IMG/VR virus record: IMGVR_UViG_3300021958_000024 | Direction: 5' to 3' (one strand) | Origin: a virus | Lineage: Duplodnaviria > Caudoviricetes | Length of the DNA: 64,000 nucleotides | Part shown: positions 17,555 through 26,411 of the stretch, one piece after another | Position numbering within the stretch: the stretch's first letter is position 1 | Layout: each line of letters begins with the position of its first letter | Program-made: the position numbers and the translations under genes | Notes under the pieces: generated by a model | Databases searched by the model: none | The model's input: the letters and a program-made list of their open reading frames with translations, nothing else | Told to the model about the DNA's origin: nothing

Positions 17555-17733
17555 CGTTCATCCCATGTTAGAACTATTATTCTATACAACTCTCACCTGC
17601 CAGCAAACTGATGCTATCATCCTGCGTATGCAGAAAAATGAGAACATTAGTAATGCCCTTAGGATTGAGTTAGTTGAGACAATGAAGGAGTCAAATCCTG
17701 AATGTTATTGGGACGCAAACGACTGAAGGAACG
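17555..17733 (+). ncRNA. Second glutamine-II-type aptamer whose P2 loop holds an ORF
   Basis: CGTTC-A-TCCCA (17555-17565) ... TGGGA-CGCAA-ACGACTGAAG-GAACG (17709-17733): same elements as aptamer 1 with a ~143-nt loop. Confidence 0.6.
17565..17726 (+). CDS. 53-aa hypothetical protein nested in aptamer 2
   Basis: MLELLFYTTLTCQQTDAIILRMQKNENISNALRIELVETMKESNPECYWDAND; hydrophobic N-terminus, two Cys. Confidence 0.65.
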   Translation: MLELLFYTTLTCQQTDAIILRMQKNENISNALRIELVETMKESNPECYWDAND

Positions 17734-17766
17734 GGGCAACAATCCCATTCTTTTAGGAGTAGACTA

Positions 17767-17937
17767 ATGCTTAACACACTTAATATGATTAGAACGCAGA
17801 TTCAAAAGCAATCTGCTCTCCATGACGCTCAGATTTCTCATACTGCTTATCGTGGTATTGAGTATAACATCTGTGGTCATGAACCCAAGGAAACCCGCGG
17901 TACATTCTGCTATCGCGGCCATACTTATAATAAGTGA
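17767..17937 (+). CDS. DUF4278-like YRG peptide (related to GS inactivating factor IF17 N-terminal domain), not in ORF track
   Basis: MLNTLNMIRTQIQKQSALHDAQISHTAYRGIEYNICGHEPKETRGTFCYRGHTYNK; two YRG..Y motifs; AGGAG SD. Confidence 0.75.
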   Translation: MLNTLNMIRTQIQKQSALHDAQISHTAYRGIEYNICGHEPKETRGTFCYRGHTYNK

Positions 17938-17955
17938 GTTACTTGTAAACGTATG

Positions 17956-17987
17956 GAAGAGGGTTCTTGACGAACCCTCTTTTTTTG
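17956..17987 (+). terminator. Intrinsic terminator with embedded -35 element
   Basis: AAGAGGGTTC-ttgac-GAACCCTCTT + T-tract; TTGACG in loop with TAAAAT downstream. Confidence 0.8.
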
Positions 17988-18016
17988 TGTAAAATATGGG
18001 AGGTTCTAAAAAGAAA

Positions 18017-18193
18017 ATGAACAAAGAAAAAGTATCACTCATTATCAAAAATATGGAATCTCTTGTTCGACTCCTTAAGATTGAGATTGAGCAGGAAGAA
18101 GAAAATGTACTTGGAGAATATGAACTGTTCCCCGGTTATCCAGTAAATCTTCCAGATTCGAAATATGAACCAGACTACTATGAGGAACCGTAA
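18017..18193 (+). CDS. Hypothetical protein
   Basis: MNKEKVSLIIKNMESLV; downstream of promoter. Confidence 0.6.
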   Translation: MNKEKVSLIIKNMESLVRLLKIEIEQEEENVLGEYELFPGYPVNLPDSKYEPDYYEEP

Positions 18194-18396
18194 TGGGAAT
18201 GTATGAATCTTTAAACTGCTTTGAAGAAGCACTTAAACATTTCGGTACTAGAGTAGAAATGATTACTGCCATGGAAATGGCAAGAAAGATATCTGCTGAG
18301 GATGCCTATCAAATGATTAAGGATGAACTCAAAGAAGTAAAAAAATGTCGTAAACAAATTAAAAAAGGAAATCAAAATGAATGTTCGTCTGATTAG
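18193..18396 (+). CDS. Conserved cyanophage hypothetical protein
   Basis: FEEALKHFGTRVEMITAMEM..KISAEDAYQMIK. Confidence 0.75.
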   Translation: MGMYESLNCFEEALKHFGTRVEMITAMEMARKISAEDAYQMIKDELKEVKKCRKQIKKGNQNECSSD

Positions 18397-19030
18397 TGTT
18401 ACACCTGATTCCGAAAAAACTATGGGGTATGTTGCCCGTGTTAGCAACCCCTCTAACCAAGAGAATCCAAAGGTTGCGGGTCTTCTTAAGTATTGTGTAA
18501 ATCATCAGCATTGGAGCGTCTTTGAGCAGGCATTCATGACGCTTGAGATTGAGACTACCCGTGGACTAGCAGCTCAAATCCTGAGGCACCGTAGTTTCAC
18601 ATATCAAGAGTTCTCACAACGGTATGCCGATAGTTCTTTGTTGAGTTCAAATATTCCTCTTCCTGAACTTCGTCGTCAAGATACAAAAAACCGTCAGAAT
18701 TCTATTGATGATATTGATGAATTTAAAGTTCAGAAGTATCAAATGTTGATGCAAGATTATTTTTCCAGAGGTATGGAACTATATCAAGAAATGCTCACTG
18801 ATGGAATTGCAAAGGAATGTGCTCGCTTTGTGCTTCCTCTGGCAACTCCTACCCGTCTTTATATGGCAGGTAGTTGCAGGTCTTGGATCACATATATTGC
18901 ACTCCGAGAAAAAAATGGAACGCAAAAAGAGCATATGGATATTGCTAAAGAATGTAAAAAAATCTTTGCCGAGCAATTTCCTATCTGTACAGAAGCACTT
19001 GGGGGGGTAGAAAATCAATGGGTTCTGTAA
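18377..19030 (+). CDS. thyX: Flavin-dependent thymidylate synthase
   Basis: HWSVFE, QILRHRSFTYQEFSQRY, KECARFVLP. Confidence 0.96.
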   Translation: MNVRLISVTPDSEKTMGYVARVSNPSNQENPKVAGLLKYCVNHQHWSVFEQAFMTLEIETTRGLAAQILRHRSFTYQEFSQRYADSSLLSSNIPLPELRRQDTKNRQNSIDDIDEFKVQKYQMLMQDYFSRGMELYQEMLTDGIAKECARFVLPLATPTRLYMAGSCRSWITYIALREKNGTQKEHMDIAKECKKIFAEQFPICTEALGGVENQWVL

Positions 19031-19062
19031 TGTATCCATAAATAAATTCATATCATTAAGAG

Positions 19063-19320
19063 GTGAAAATTTTGGCAACATATCCCGTCGTCAATAAACA
19101 AACAGGTGAACAAAAAGAGGTTATCATGAGTATTCATGACTGGGGTCAGTGGTGTAAAGATAACCCAGATTGGACACGCGACTGGTCTGATCCTTCTACC
19201 TGTCCTTCTGCTTGTGAAGTGGGAGATTGGCAGAATAAGTTAGTCGCTAAAAACCCTGGTTGGAATGAAGTTTTGGATAGAGCTTCTAAAATGCCAGGAT
19301 CAAAAGTAAGTAAAATCTGA
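19063..19320 (+). CDS. Conserved T4-like small protein upstream of phoH
   Basis: ATYPVVNKQTGEQKE...W..W..DNPDW; start uncertain. Confidence 0.7.
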   Translation: MKILATYPVVNKQTGEQKEVIMSIHDWGQWCKDNPDWTRDWSDPSTCPSACEVGDWQNKLVAKNPGWNEVLDRASKMPGSKVSKI

Positions 19321-19325
19321 ACCCT

Positions 19326-20102
19326 ATGCCCGCAAAGAAAAACAAAACAGGTATTGGCATCGCAACTCCAGTTCCATTTGGTATGAGCAATCGCGTTATG
19401 AAAAGAAAAAAACCCATTAATACCAGTTTTATCAAAAAAATTGAACCTCTAACGGACAATCAAGAAACTTTATTTGATAAGTATGCACAAGATCAAAATC
19501 TTGTTGCTTATGGTGCAGCTGGCACAGGTAAAACATTTATTACCCTTTACAACGCGCTTTTAGATGTTCTTAATGAAAAAACACCATACGAAAAGATTTA
19601 CATTGTAAGATCTCTCGTTGCTACTAGGGAGATTGGATTCCTTCCTGGAGACCATGAAGATAAATCATCATTGTACCAAATTCCATACAAAAACATGGTC
19701 AAATACATGTTTGAAGTGGATGAGGCATCAAATGAGATGCTATATGCAAATCTAAAGACTCAAGGGACTATTTCTTTCTGGTCTACTTCATTTATTCGTG
19801 GAACAACTTTAGATAAATCAATTATTATTGTGGATGAGTTCCAGAACCTTAACTTCCATGAACTAGATTCTATTATTACTCGCGTTGGGATAGACTCTAA
19901 GATTATGTTCTGTGGAGACGCTACTCAAACAGATTTACTTAAAGAAAGAGAGCGTAATGGTATTATTGATTTTATGAGAATCTTGCAATCTATGCCATCT
20001 TTTGATATTATTGAGTTTGGCGTAGAAGATATTGTCCGCTCAGGTCTTTGCAAAGAATATCTGGTTGCCAAAGAAACACTAAAAGCTGATTTGGATTTAT
20101 GA
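19326..20102 (+). CDS. phoH: PhoH-like ATPase
   Basis: GAAGTGKT, IGFLPG, FIRGTT, DEFQN, GD..Q.D, DIVRSG. Confidence 0.96.
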   Translation: MPAKKNKTGIGIATPVPFGMSNRVMKRKKPINTSFIKKIEPLTDNQETLFDKYAQDQNLVAYGAAGTGKTFITLYNALLDVLNEKTPYEKIYIVRSLVATREIGFLPGDHEDKSSLYQIPYKNMVKYMFEVDEASNEMLYANLKTQGTISFWSTSFIRGTTLDKSIIIVDEFQNLNFHELDSIITRVGIDSKIMFCGDATQTDLLKERERNGIIDFMRILQSMPSFDIIEFGVEDIVRSGLCKEYLVAKETLKADLDL

Positions 20103-20767
20103 TTTTTAATCATGTTGATTTGGAGCTCCCTCGTCTTGAGAGGGAGCATATCGATGGAGTTCGTTATTATAAAGTACATGATAATGATGAACTCCATCGC
20201 TTTGTTTCTATTACTTCTGTCATCAGTCATTATAAAAAAGACTTTTTTAATAAATGGAGGCAGCGAGTTGGTGTAGAAGAAGCTGATAGGATTACTAAAA
20301 AAGCAACTAGTCGAGGAACTGACGCTCACACTTTAATCGAGCATCATTTAAAAAATGAATCGTTACCTAAAGTTCGACCTATTTCCGAACTTTTGTTCAA
20401 GATTGCTAAACCAGCTTTAAATCGTATAAATAATATTCATACTCTTGAGGGATCACTTTATAGTACATATTTTGGTATTGCAGGTACTGTGGACTGTATT
20501 GCCGAGTTTGATGGAGAACTCGCCATTATTGACTTTAAAACCTCAGTAAAACCAAAACCTAGAGAGTGGATTGATGGTTATTTCGTACAATGCTGTGCTT
20601 ATGCATGTATGTTGTATGAACTTACTGGGATTACGGTAAAGAAGTTTGTTATTATCATGACTTGTGAAAATGGTGAAGTAGAAGTATACGAAGAATACGA
20701 CAAGAAAAAATATATTAAACTATTAACTCAATATATCAGGAAGTTTGTCGATGATAAGACTTCTTGA
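20099..20767 (+). CDS. Exonuclease (PD-(D/E)xK, Cas4-like exonuclease A)
   Basis: SITSV, RGT..H, AGTVDC, IIDFKTS, Q..AY. Confidence 0.88.
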   Translation: MIFNHVDLELPRLEREHIDGVRYYKVHDNDELHRFVSITSVISHYKKDFFNKWRQRVGVEEADRITKKATSRGTDAHTLIEHHLKNESLPKVRPISELLFKIAKPALNRINNIHTLEGSLYSTYFGIAGTVDCIAEFDGELAIIDFKTSVKPKPREWIDGYFVQCCAYACMLYELTGITVKKFVIIMTCENGEVEVYEEYDKKKYIKLLTQYIRKFVDDKTS

Positions 20768-20792
20768 CATTGATGTGTTATAATGATAACAT
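20764..20792 (+). promoter_or_regulatory. sigma70-type promoter
   Basis: TTGACA-17 nt-TAACAT. Confidence 0.6.
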
Positions 20793-20815
20793 TGTGCAAG
20801 TATTATGGAGATTAA

Positions 20816-21109
20816 ATGTCACTCAATCTATTGAATTTAATGCAAATAGACTACAAACAAGAGTTTTCAAAAGAGATAGAATCAAAGTTTATTCTCCCTG
20901 CAAAGTTTGCACAAGAGATAGAAACTATAGTAAAAAATGAAGACAATATGTCATATATTGATGCTATCATTTTTTACTGCGAAAAAAATAAAATAGAACT
21001 AGAATCTGTTCCTAAACTCATACCAAAACCTCTAAAAGAGAAGATTAAATATGAAGCTATGGAACTAAACTTTTTGAAAAAAACCTCTCGAGCTAGATTA
21101 AAGATTTGA
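20816..21109 (+). CDS. gp33: Late transcription coactivator gp33
   Basis: YIDAI..YCE.N.IE.ESVPKLI.KPLKEKIK.EA..LNFL; synteny before gp59. Confidence 0.85.
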   Translation: MSLNLLNLMQIDYKQEFSKEIESKFILPAKFAQEIETIVKNEDNMSYIDAIIFYCEKNKIELESVPKLIPKPLKEKIKYEAMELNFLKKTSRARLKI

Positions 21110-21702
21110 AATTGGACCCTCACGATTGCTTCAAAACCTATTTGTCAATCAAAAATCATTTTACTCAGGAAAAGTACGATTATCATAAGTACTGTGGAAA
21201 AACAAGATCGTCTTTGCAATCTTTTTACAAGAGAAAAGATAGATTCTTTTTTGAAAAAATGAGTCGTCAAAAAAGTGATGAAGAGATCTTGAGTTTTTTT
21301 GTTGCAAACTTTTCAAGTGCTGAAGATCCACAATCTTTATGGATTGGTGACATTATCAAGGAAGGTGAATCAGTTTATTTAAACTGGCAGAAAAAATCAC
21401 AATCATTGAAATATTGTTTTGAGCAAGAAATAAATGATCTCTTTTTGGATGATGATTTTGTCTCATTGTTTAAAATCAATGGTTCTTCCCATCCAAAGAT
21501 CTTAAAAAAGTTTTTAAGAAAAGAAGTTTCTTTAGAAACACTAGTGATTCTAGATAAAATCTTAAACTTCAGACAAAGATTTGACAAAAAACTTACTGAT
21601 CCAGTATGGCAGTTTGTTTCTCTCAAGATCAAAAAGTATTCATCATTTATACATATTGATATATTTAAGTTTAAACGTATTTTAAAGGAGTGTTTAGAAT
21701 GA
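21106..21702 (+). CDS. gp59: Helicase loader gp59
   Basis: YLSIKNHF...YDY.KY.GK, F.KRKD..FF.K, SLETLVIL. Confidence 0.88.
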   Translation: MKLDPHDCFKTYLSIKNHFTQEKYDYHKYCGKTRSSLQSFYKRKDRFFFEKMSRQKSDEEILSFFVANFSSAEDPQSLWIGDIIKEGESVYLNWQKKSQSLKYCFEQEINDLFLDDDFVSLFKINGSSHPKILKKFLRKEVSLETLVILDKILNFRQRFDKKLTDPVWQFVSLKIKKYSSFIHIDIFKFKRILKECLE

Positions 21703-22040
21703 CATTTTTCGATTCTGATCTTGTTAGGGCAGAACTAGCAGAGATCTCTGAACTTCAGGAAGATCTTTACAGAAATGTGTTTAACTTTTATAGGATGGAT
21801 AAACAACAGAAAGTTAATCATGTTGAACTCCTCCAAAAGTTGCTGGAGAAACAGAGAGTATTGTATACTCGTATGAGTCTTTCTGATGATCCAGAAGCAC
21901 AGGATATTAAAAATAAAATCATTGAGTCTGCTAAACTGATGGGTCTGGACGAAGGGGTTGACATTTCATTCATGTTTGGTAACATGGAAAAAGCACTAGT
22001 CCAGATGAAGAAGGACATTGACAAGCACACCGATCACTAA
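21699..22040 (+). CDS. Conserved cyanophage protein (DUF1825-like)
   Basis: FFDS..VR.E, LLEKQ...Y.R.SLSDDPEA. Confidence 0.75.
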   Translation: MTFFDSDLVRAELAEISELQEDLYRNVFNFYRMDKQQKVNHVELLQKLLEKQRVLYTRMSLSDDPEAQDIKNKIIESAKLMGLDEGVDISFMFGNMEKALVQMKKDIDKHTDH

Positions 22041-22046
22041 TACACT
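22018..22046 (+). promoter_or_regulatory. sigma70-type promoter of gp32
   Basis: TTGACA-17 nt-TACACT. Confidence 0.65.
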
Positions 22047-22121
22047 ATTCTTATGCGGCTAGGGAATCCGCACCAAAGCAAACCCAAACAGGCCAAATAC
22101 TTACAAAAATACGAGGTTCAC

Positions 22122-23093
22122 ATGTCATTTGAAACCCTAAAAAAACAGTCCCGTCTAGGAACTCTTACTGAAAAACTTGTTAAAGAAGTTGAAAAAAGTT
22201 CCGCCCGTGGTTCTGTTGATGACCGCTTTTGGAAACCAGAAATGGACAAAGGTGGTACTGGTTATGCCGTAATCCGTTTTCTACCTGCACCAGAAGGTGA
22301 AGACATGCCATGGGCAAAAGTCTTCAGTCATGCTTTCCAAGGTCCTGGTGGTTGGTTGATTGACAACTGTCTGACTACTAACGGAGGAAAGTGTCCAGTT
22401 TGTGCAGAAAATAACAAACTATGGAACAGTGGTCTAGAGTCTGATAAAAATATCGCACGTAATCGTAAGCGTAAACTGTCTTACTATTCTAATATTTACG
22501 TTGTTAAGGATCCACTTCACCCAGAAAACGAGGGCAAAGTGTTCCTCTATAAGTTCGGCAAGAAGATTCATGATAAGATTCTTGCTGCTATGCAACCAGA
22601 GTTTGAAGATGAAGAAGCAATCGATCCATTCGACTTCTGGCAAGGTGCCAACTTCAAACTGAAACTGGCAAAAGTTGATGGTTATTGGAACTATGATAAG
22701 TCTGAGTTCGCTGCAACATCTGCTCTTCTGGATGATGATGATGCCTTGGAAGCAATCTGGAATAAGGAGTATTCTCTCCAAGAACTGGTTGCTCTCGATA
22801 AGTTCAAGTCTTATGACGATCTCGAAAAGCGTCTAAATGTAGTTCTTGGAGTTGGTAAGGTTGCGCCTAAGTCTCAGTCTTTTGATGAAGAGGAAAAATA
22901 TGAAGCATTCTCCCCCAAAACCACTAAGACTGATAACGTAATGGAGCAACTAGAAGAAGCTGCCCGTTCTGCCCGAGCACCCGAACCACCTGAAACCATG
23001 AAGCGAGAACTTGCTAATCTATCTTCTATGGTTGATAAAGATGAAGATGATGCAATGGCAATGTTTAATGCTCTAGCAAATGATGATTTTTAA
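22122..23093 (+). CDS. gp32: Single-stranded DNA-binding protein gp32
   Basis: DDRFWKP, GYAVIRFLP, CPVC, KVFLYKFGKKI, acidic tail; GAGG SD before ATG 22122. Confidence 0.95.
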   Translation: MSFETLKKQSRLGTLTEKLVKEVEKSSARGSVDDRFWKPEMDKGGTGYAVIRFLPAPEGEDMPWAKVFSHAFQGPGGWLIDNCLTTNGGKCPVCAENNKLWNSGLESDKNIARNRKRKLSYYSNIYVVKDPLHPENEGKVFLYKFGKKIHDKILAAMQPEFEDEEAIDPFDFWQGANFKLKLAKVDGYWNYDKSEFAATSALLDDDDALEAIWNKEYSLQELVALDKFKSYDDLEKRLNVVLGVGKVAPKSQSFDEEEKYEAFSPKTTKTDNVMEQLEEAARSARAPEPPETMKRELANLSSMVDKDEDDAMAMFNALANDDF

Positions 23094-23761
23094 TCAAATA
23101 GTTTAGCATTAAATCCTTTCTTGAGGGTTCTGGACACATATTGTTCAGAACCTTTTTTATATTCCATTATTTCTTCAATGTCATCAAATAGAGTAGTAAG
23201 ATACTTTGGTTTTAGTGTAAATATGGTTCTTTTTTTCTCTTCTATTCTTGTCTCATATTCATAGTTTGTCACTGGTACTGTAATATTTTCTTTAAGAACC
23301 TGTCCATCTCTAGTCGAATAGTATTCCATAGAAAAAGTTCTATCTACATGAAGACCACCAGGAAACACTACTGTACCAGTCTCATCTTTTTGTTCTATTG
23401 ATTCATAGTGATGAACTTTATAAAGATTTTCATAACTACCATATTTTCTTAGCATCAGTTCATCAAAACTTTCTTGTGGTAGTGGCCATTCATTTTGTAG
23501 GTTTAAGATGTTGTTTGATAGTAAAACTACCCAATCCAAAGTCGATTCGCCATACAGATCATATGCCACGTTATCTGGTCTTTGGTTGCCAACTATAAAA
23601 TACTTAGTAAAATAGTTGACGTTTTTGAAAATCTCGCTTCTGATTTGTCCTCTTTTAAAGAGATTTTTTACTGTGATATAGTTTCTAACACTATCATTAC
23701 TTGGGTTTACGTTGACGTAATCAAAGTTAGGAACTTGTCTAAAGTAAGGTCTTAATGCCAT
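23090..23761 (-). CDS. gp53: Baseplate wedge subunit gp53
   Basis: RPD.VA..LYG....DWVVLL.N.I.....EWP, HHYE, TNYEYE. Confidence 0.88.
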   Translation of the reverse strand: MALRPYFRQVPNFDYVNVNPSNDSVRNYITVKNLFKRGQIRSEIFKNVNYFTKYFIVGNQRPDNVAYDLYGESTLDWVVLLSNNILNLQNEWPLPQESFDELMLRKYGSYENLYKVHHYESIEQKDETGTVVFPGGLHVDRTFSMEYYSTRDGQVLKENITVPVTNYEYETRIEEKKRTIFTLKPKYLTTLFDDIEEIMEYKKGSEQYVSRTLKKGFNAKLFD

Positions 23762-23763
23762 TT

Positions 23764-25014
23764 TTAGTACCCCATACCGCTAGCTTTTTCTTGGTCGTCT
23801 CTATAGATTGGTTCGAGTTCTGAGAATGTTAGACTGAGATTATATGATGTCATTGATCCATCTGGATATGTCATGTAAGATCCATCGGGAGTATAATCAG
23901 TAGTGATGTTTGTTAGGGCACAAGTTTTGATGTTGTTTAAGAATGGATGAGGTGCTCCAGTTTCCCCAAAGATGTACTGCAAATCAAACACATTTGGAGA
24001 TTTTAAAAATAGTCCAGTGTTTGCTTTTTGTACGGCAGATTCTTTTTTCAATACTCTTATAATATTTCGTATATTATTTGCTTCTGCTGGTTCTCTTGGA
24101 GTAAACTTGTAGTTATATGAGAATGTTCTAAGTGATGGACCTTGGAAAAGCATTTCAAGATTATTATTTAAAACTGCACCAGTTGTTCTTGTAATCACAT
24201 TTGCGCCAACTGCTTGACCAGCAAAATATGCTGTAATATATGCCCCAAGACCTTCCGTTGCTAAAAGATCATCGGCAAATGCTTTGCTATCTGTGATAAG
24301 ACCTTTAAAAGCATCTGCAAATTTCCCATCACCTATACTATTGATAGCATTTGTTGCTGCTCCTGCTGCCCTTGCTTGGAAAACATTCATTTGATCTTGA
24401 TTCCAAGAGACTGCGTTAGTGTCTCTAATCCCTGGTTGCATTGGTAAGAAAATGGTTGTCCCAAGTGATTTTTTTCTTCCAGGAGATTCTGTGGATGCAG
24501 TATTAAAATCATCTCTAGGTAAACCAGGAGGAATATATTCAATAACAGTTATTTTTAAATAATCAAGTTCAGAGTCTCTTTTAAGTGGATATGATAGAGA
24601 TGTTATTGGTGCGGTTCTTCTTTCGACTGTTGGCGTAGATTGATTTAATTCACCAGTTGAACCTAGATTAAAAGAAGCATCATTTTCAGAAACTGCAAAG
24701 TTAGTATTTGACCAATAATCCGATGCATTTTTGATTGTATTAGTATAAACTGGATTATTTACTAGTTCTTCCATAAAGAAATCTGGAGCGCCCAACTGAA
24801 AAGCATCTCCAGTGTTTAAGTTATAATCTGCCCAACTTATAGATCCATCAGAGTTAAAATAGTTTGCACCAGCAGATACCTCATTATTACTTAAAGGTAT
24901 TTCTGGTGTTCGATTTATTTTTACCTGAGACCCAGAGTCATTTTTTGCTTCAACGTTAAATGATAAACCATCAATAAGGGTTGTGGGACTTACACTACCT
25001 TGACTTAATGCCAT
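23764..25014 (-). CDS. gp48: Baseplate tail tube cap gp48
   Basis: LN.NLE.LF.GP.LR.F...YKF.PR, Y.PDG.Y, L.F.ELEP. Confidence 0.85.
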   Translation of the reverse strand: MALSQGSVSPTTLIDGLSFNVEAKNDSGSQVKINRTPEIPLSNNEVSAGANYFNSDGSISWADYNLNTGDAFQLGAPDFFMEELVNNPVYTNTIKNASDYWSNTNFAVSENDASFNLGSTGELNQSTPTVERRTAPITSLSYPLKRDSELDYLKITVIEYIPPGLPRDDFNTASTESPGRKKSLGTTIFLPMQPGIRDTNAVSWNQDQMNVFQARAAGAATNAINSIGDGKFADAFKGLITDSKAFADDLLATEGLGAYITAYFAGQAVGANVITRTTGAVLNNNLEMLFQGPSLRTFSYNYKFTPREPAEANNIRNIIRVLKKESAVQKANTGLFLKSPNVFDLQYIFGETGAPHPFLNNIKTCALTNITTDYTPDGSYMTYPDGSMTSYNLSLTFSELEPIYRDDQEKASGMGY

Positions 25015-25029
25015 TTACACTATTTTTAG

Positions 25030-25485
25030 TTATTTATAGGGGTTTAGTTCGTCTTCTGTTATAATCTTAAACTCTACCATATGGTCTTCGCACCATTCCC
25101 TAGCAGCTTTCCATTTTGCAATATTTTTAGTATACATCATAACTTCATTAATGAAAGTTTTCTTTTGCTTTCCTTTTGTCTGCTTTGGTTCTATGGTTTG
25201 TTTTTTCGGTTTAACTTCTACAACGTATTTTTTAATATTGCCACTATTTTCTTTAATCTTTACAATAAAGTCAGGAAAATATCTACGGACTTTTTTTGTC
25301 GTAGGATCAAAGTAAGGAATAAAAAATTCTTCACTACCCCATTCCATTATCTTCTCGTTTAGATCACAGTACCTCATGAACTTAAGTTCCCAAGAAGATC
25401 TGTAAACTATGTTACTTGGGTTTCCTTTATATTTTTCTGGATGCTTAGGATGAAACTTTCCCTGATGATATTTACTTTCTCGCAT
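25030..25485 (-). CDS. gp4: Head completion nuclease gp4
   Basis: KYKG.P..I.YRSSWE, RRYFPDF, EVKP, KW.AA. Confidence 0.92.
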   Translation of the reverse strand: MRESKYHQGKFHPKHPEKYKGNPSNIVYRSSWELKFMRYCDLNEKIMEWGSEEFFIPYFDPTTKKVRRYFPDFIVKIKENSGNIKKYVVEVKPKKQTIEPKQTKGKQKKTFINEVMMYTKNIAKWKAAREWCEDHMVEFKIITEDELNPYK

Positions 25486-25517
25486 ACATAATATATAAGA
25501 TCAAAAAGTATTTATAA

Positions 25518-26378
25518 ATGTCTGCTGTACCCCCAAAGAGTTATAGTATAAGTGACTTTAAATCTAGGGCATTAAATCTTGCACAGACCTCGTTATACCA
25601 ACTTACCATAGTTCCTCCACCAAGAATATTTCAACAAACTGAGAATATTAGTTTGCTGTGCCATGAAGCAACTTTGCCTGGTTCATCATTAGCGACTCAT
25701 CAAGTAACTAATGACCATCATGGTGTTACTGAGAAGATGGCATATAGAAGAATGTATGATGAATCATTTAACCTAACATTTTATGTTGATCATCAATATA
25801 ATGTAGTTGATTTTTTTGAAAAGTGGATTGAGTTTGTTGTTGGACAAGGATACACTCAATCACGAAATGCTTATAGAGAAGATACTGCATTTTATAGGAT
25901 GACATATCCTGTAGACTATAAGCAAACAATCTATATAAGTAAGTTTGAAAAGGATTACTTTAGACCAACCAAAGCACCATTAGATCCAAAAAAACGTGGT
26001 GGATCTAACTTAGAATATGAACTTATTGGAGCTTTTCCTTATAATATAGTTTCTATGCCAGTATCATATAATCAAAGTGATATTTTAAAGTGTTCTGTTG
26101 GTTTTTATTTCACACGTTATGTTGTTGAGAAGAAAGGAACAGTTACTTACGGATCACCTGGATTTGCAAACTCAGGAAATCCCACTGCTCAAAGAACTCC
26201 TCCAACTACTTCTCAACAACCAATAAATGCTTTTGATTATAGTAAAATGACTGGATTTAAATTCGATAACTATTATAATAACTTTGGTGTTGATGCTCAA
26301 GATAATACTAACTTTGGAAACTTCTTTAATGGTAGAAGAGTTGATCAAGGAGTATTTGGAGCAGAAGCACAAGCATAA
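25518..26378 (+). CDS. Tail tube / tail tube initiator (gp19/gp54-like)
   Basis: C..A.LPG.SL.T, LTFYVD, FFE.W, AFP..I...PVSY. Confidence 0.75.
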   Translation: MSAVPPKSYSISDFKSRALNLAQTSLYQLTIVPPPRIFQQTENISLLCHEATLPGSSLATHQVTNDHHGVTEKMAYRRMYDESFNLTFYVDHQYNVVDFFEKWIEFVVGQGYTQSRNAYREDTAFYRMTYPVDYKQTIYISKFEKDYFRPTKAPLDPKKRGGSNLEYELIGAFPYNIVSMPVSYNQSDILKCSVGFYFTRYVVEKKGTVTYGSPGFANSGNPTAQRTPPTTSQQPINAFDYSKMTGFKFDNYYNNFGVDAQDNTNFGNFFNGRRVDQGVFGAEAQA

Positions 26379-26411
26379 CCCTACTAAATACATGTACTGA
26401 TACATCAAATT

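Noticed and set aside
17511-17564. TTG-start extension of the nested ORF in the track
   Set aside because: Runs through aptamer 1; ATG at 17565 is the more plausible start.
17565-17726. Possible NblA (phycobilisome degradation) gene
   Set aside because: Similar size but lacks the L(S/T)LEQ.F NblA motif.
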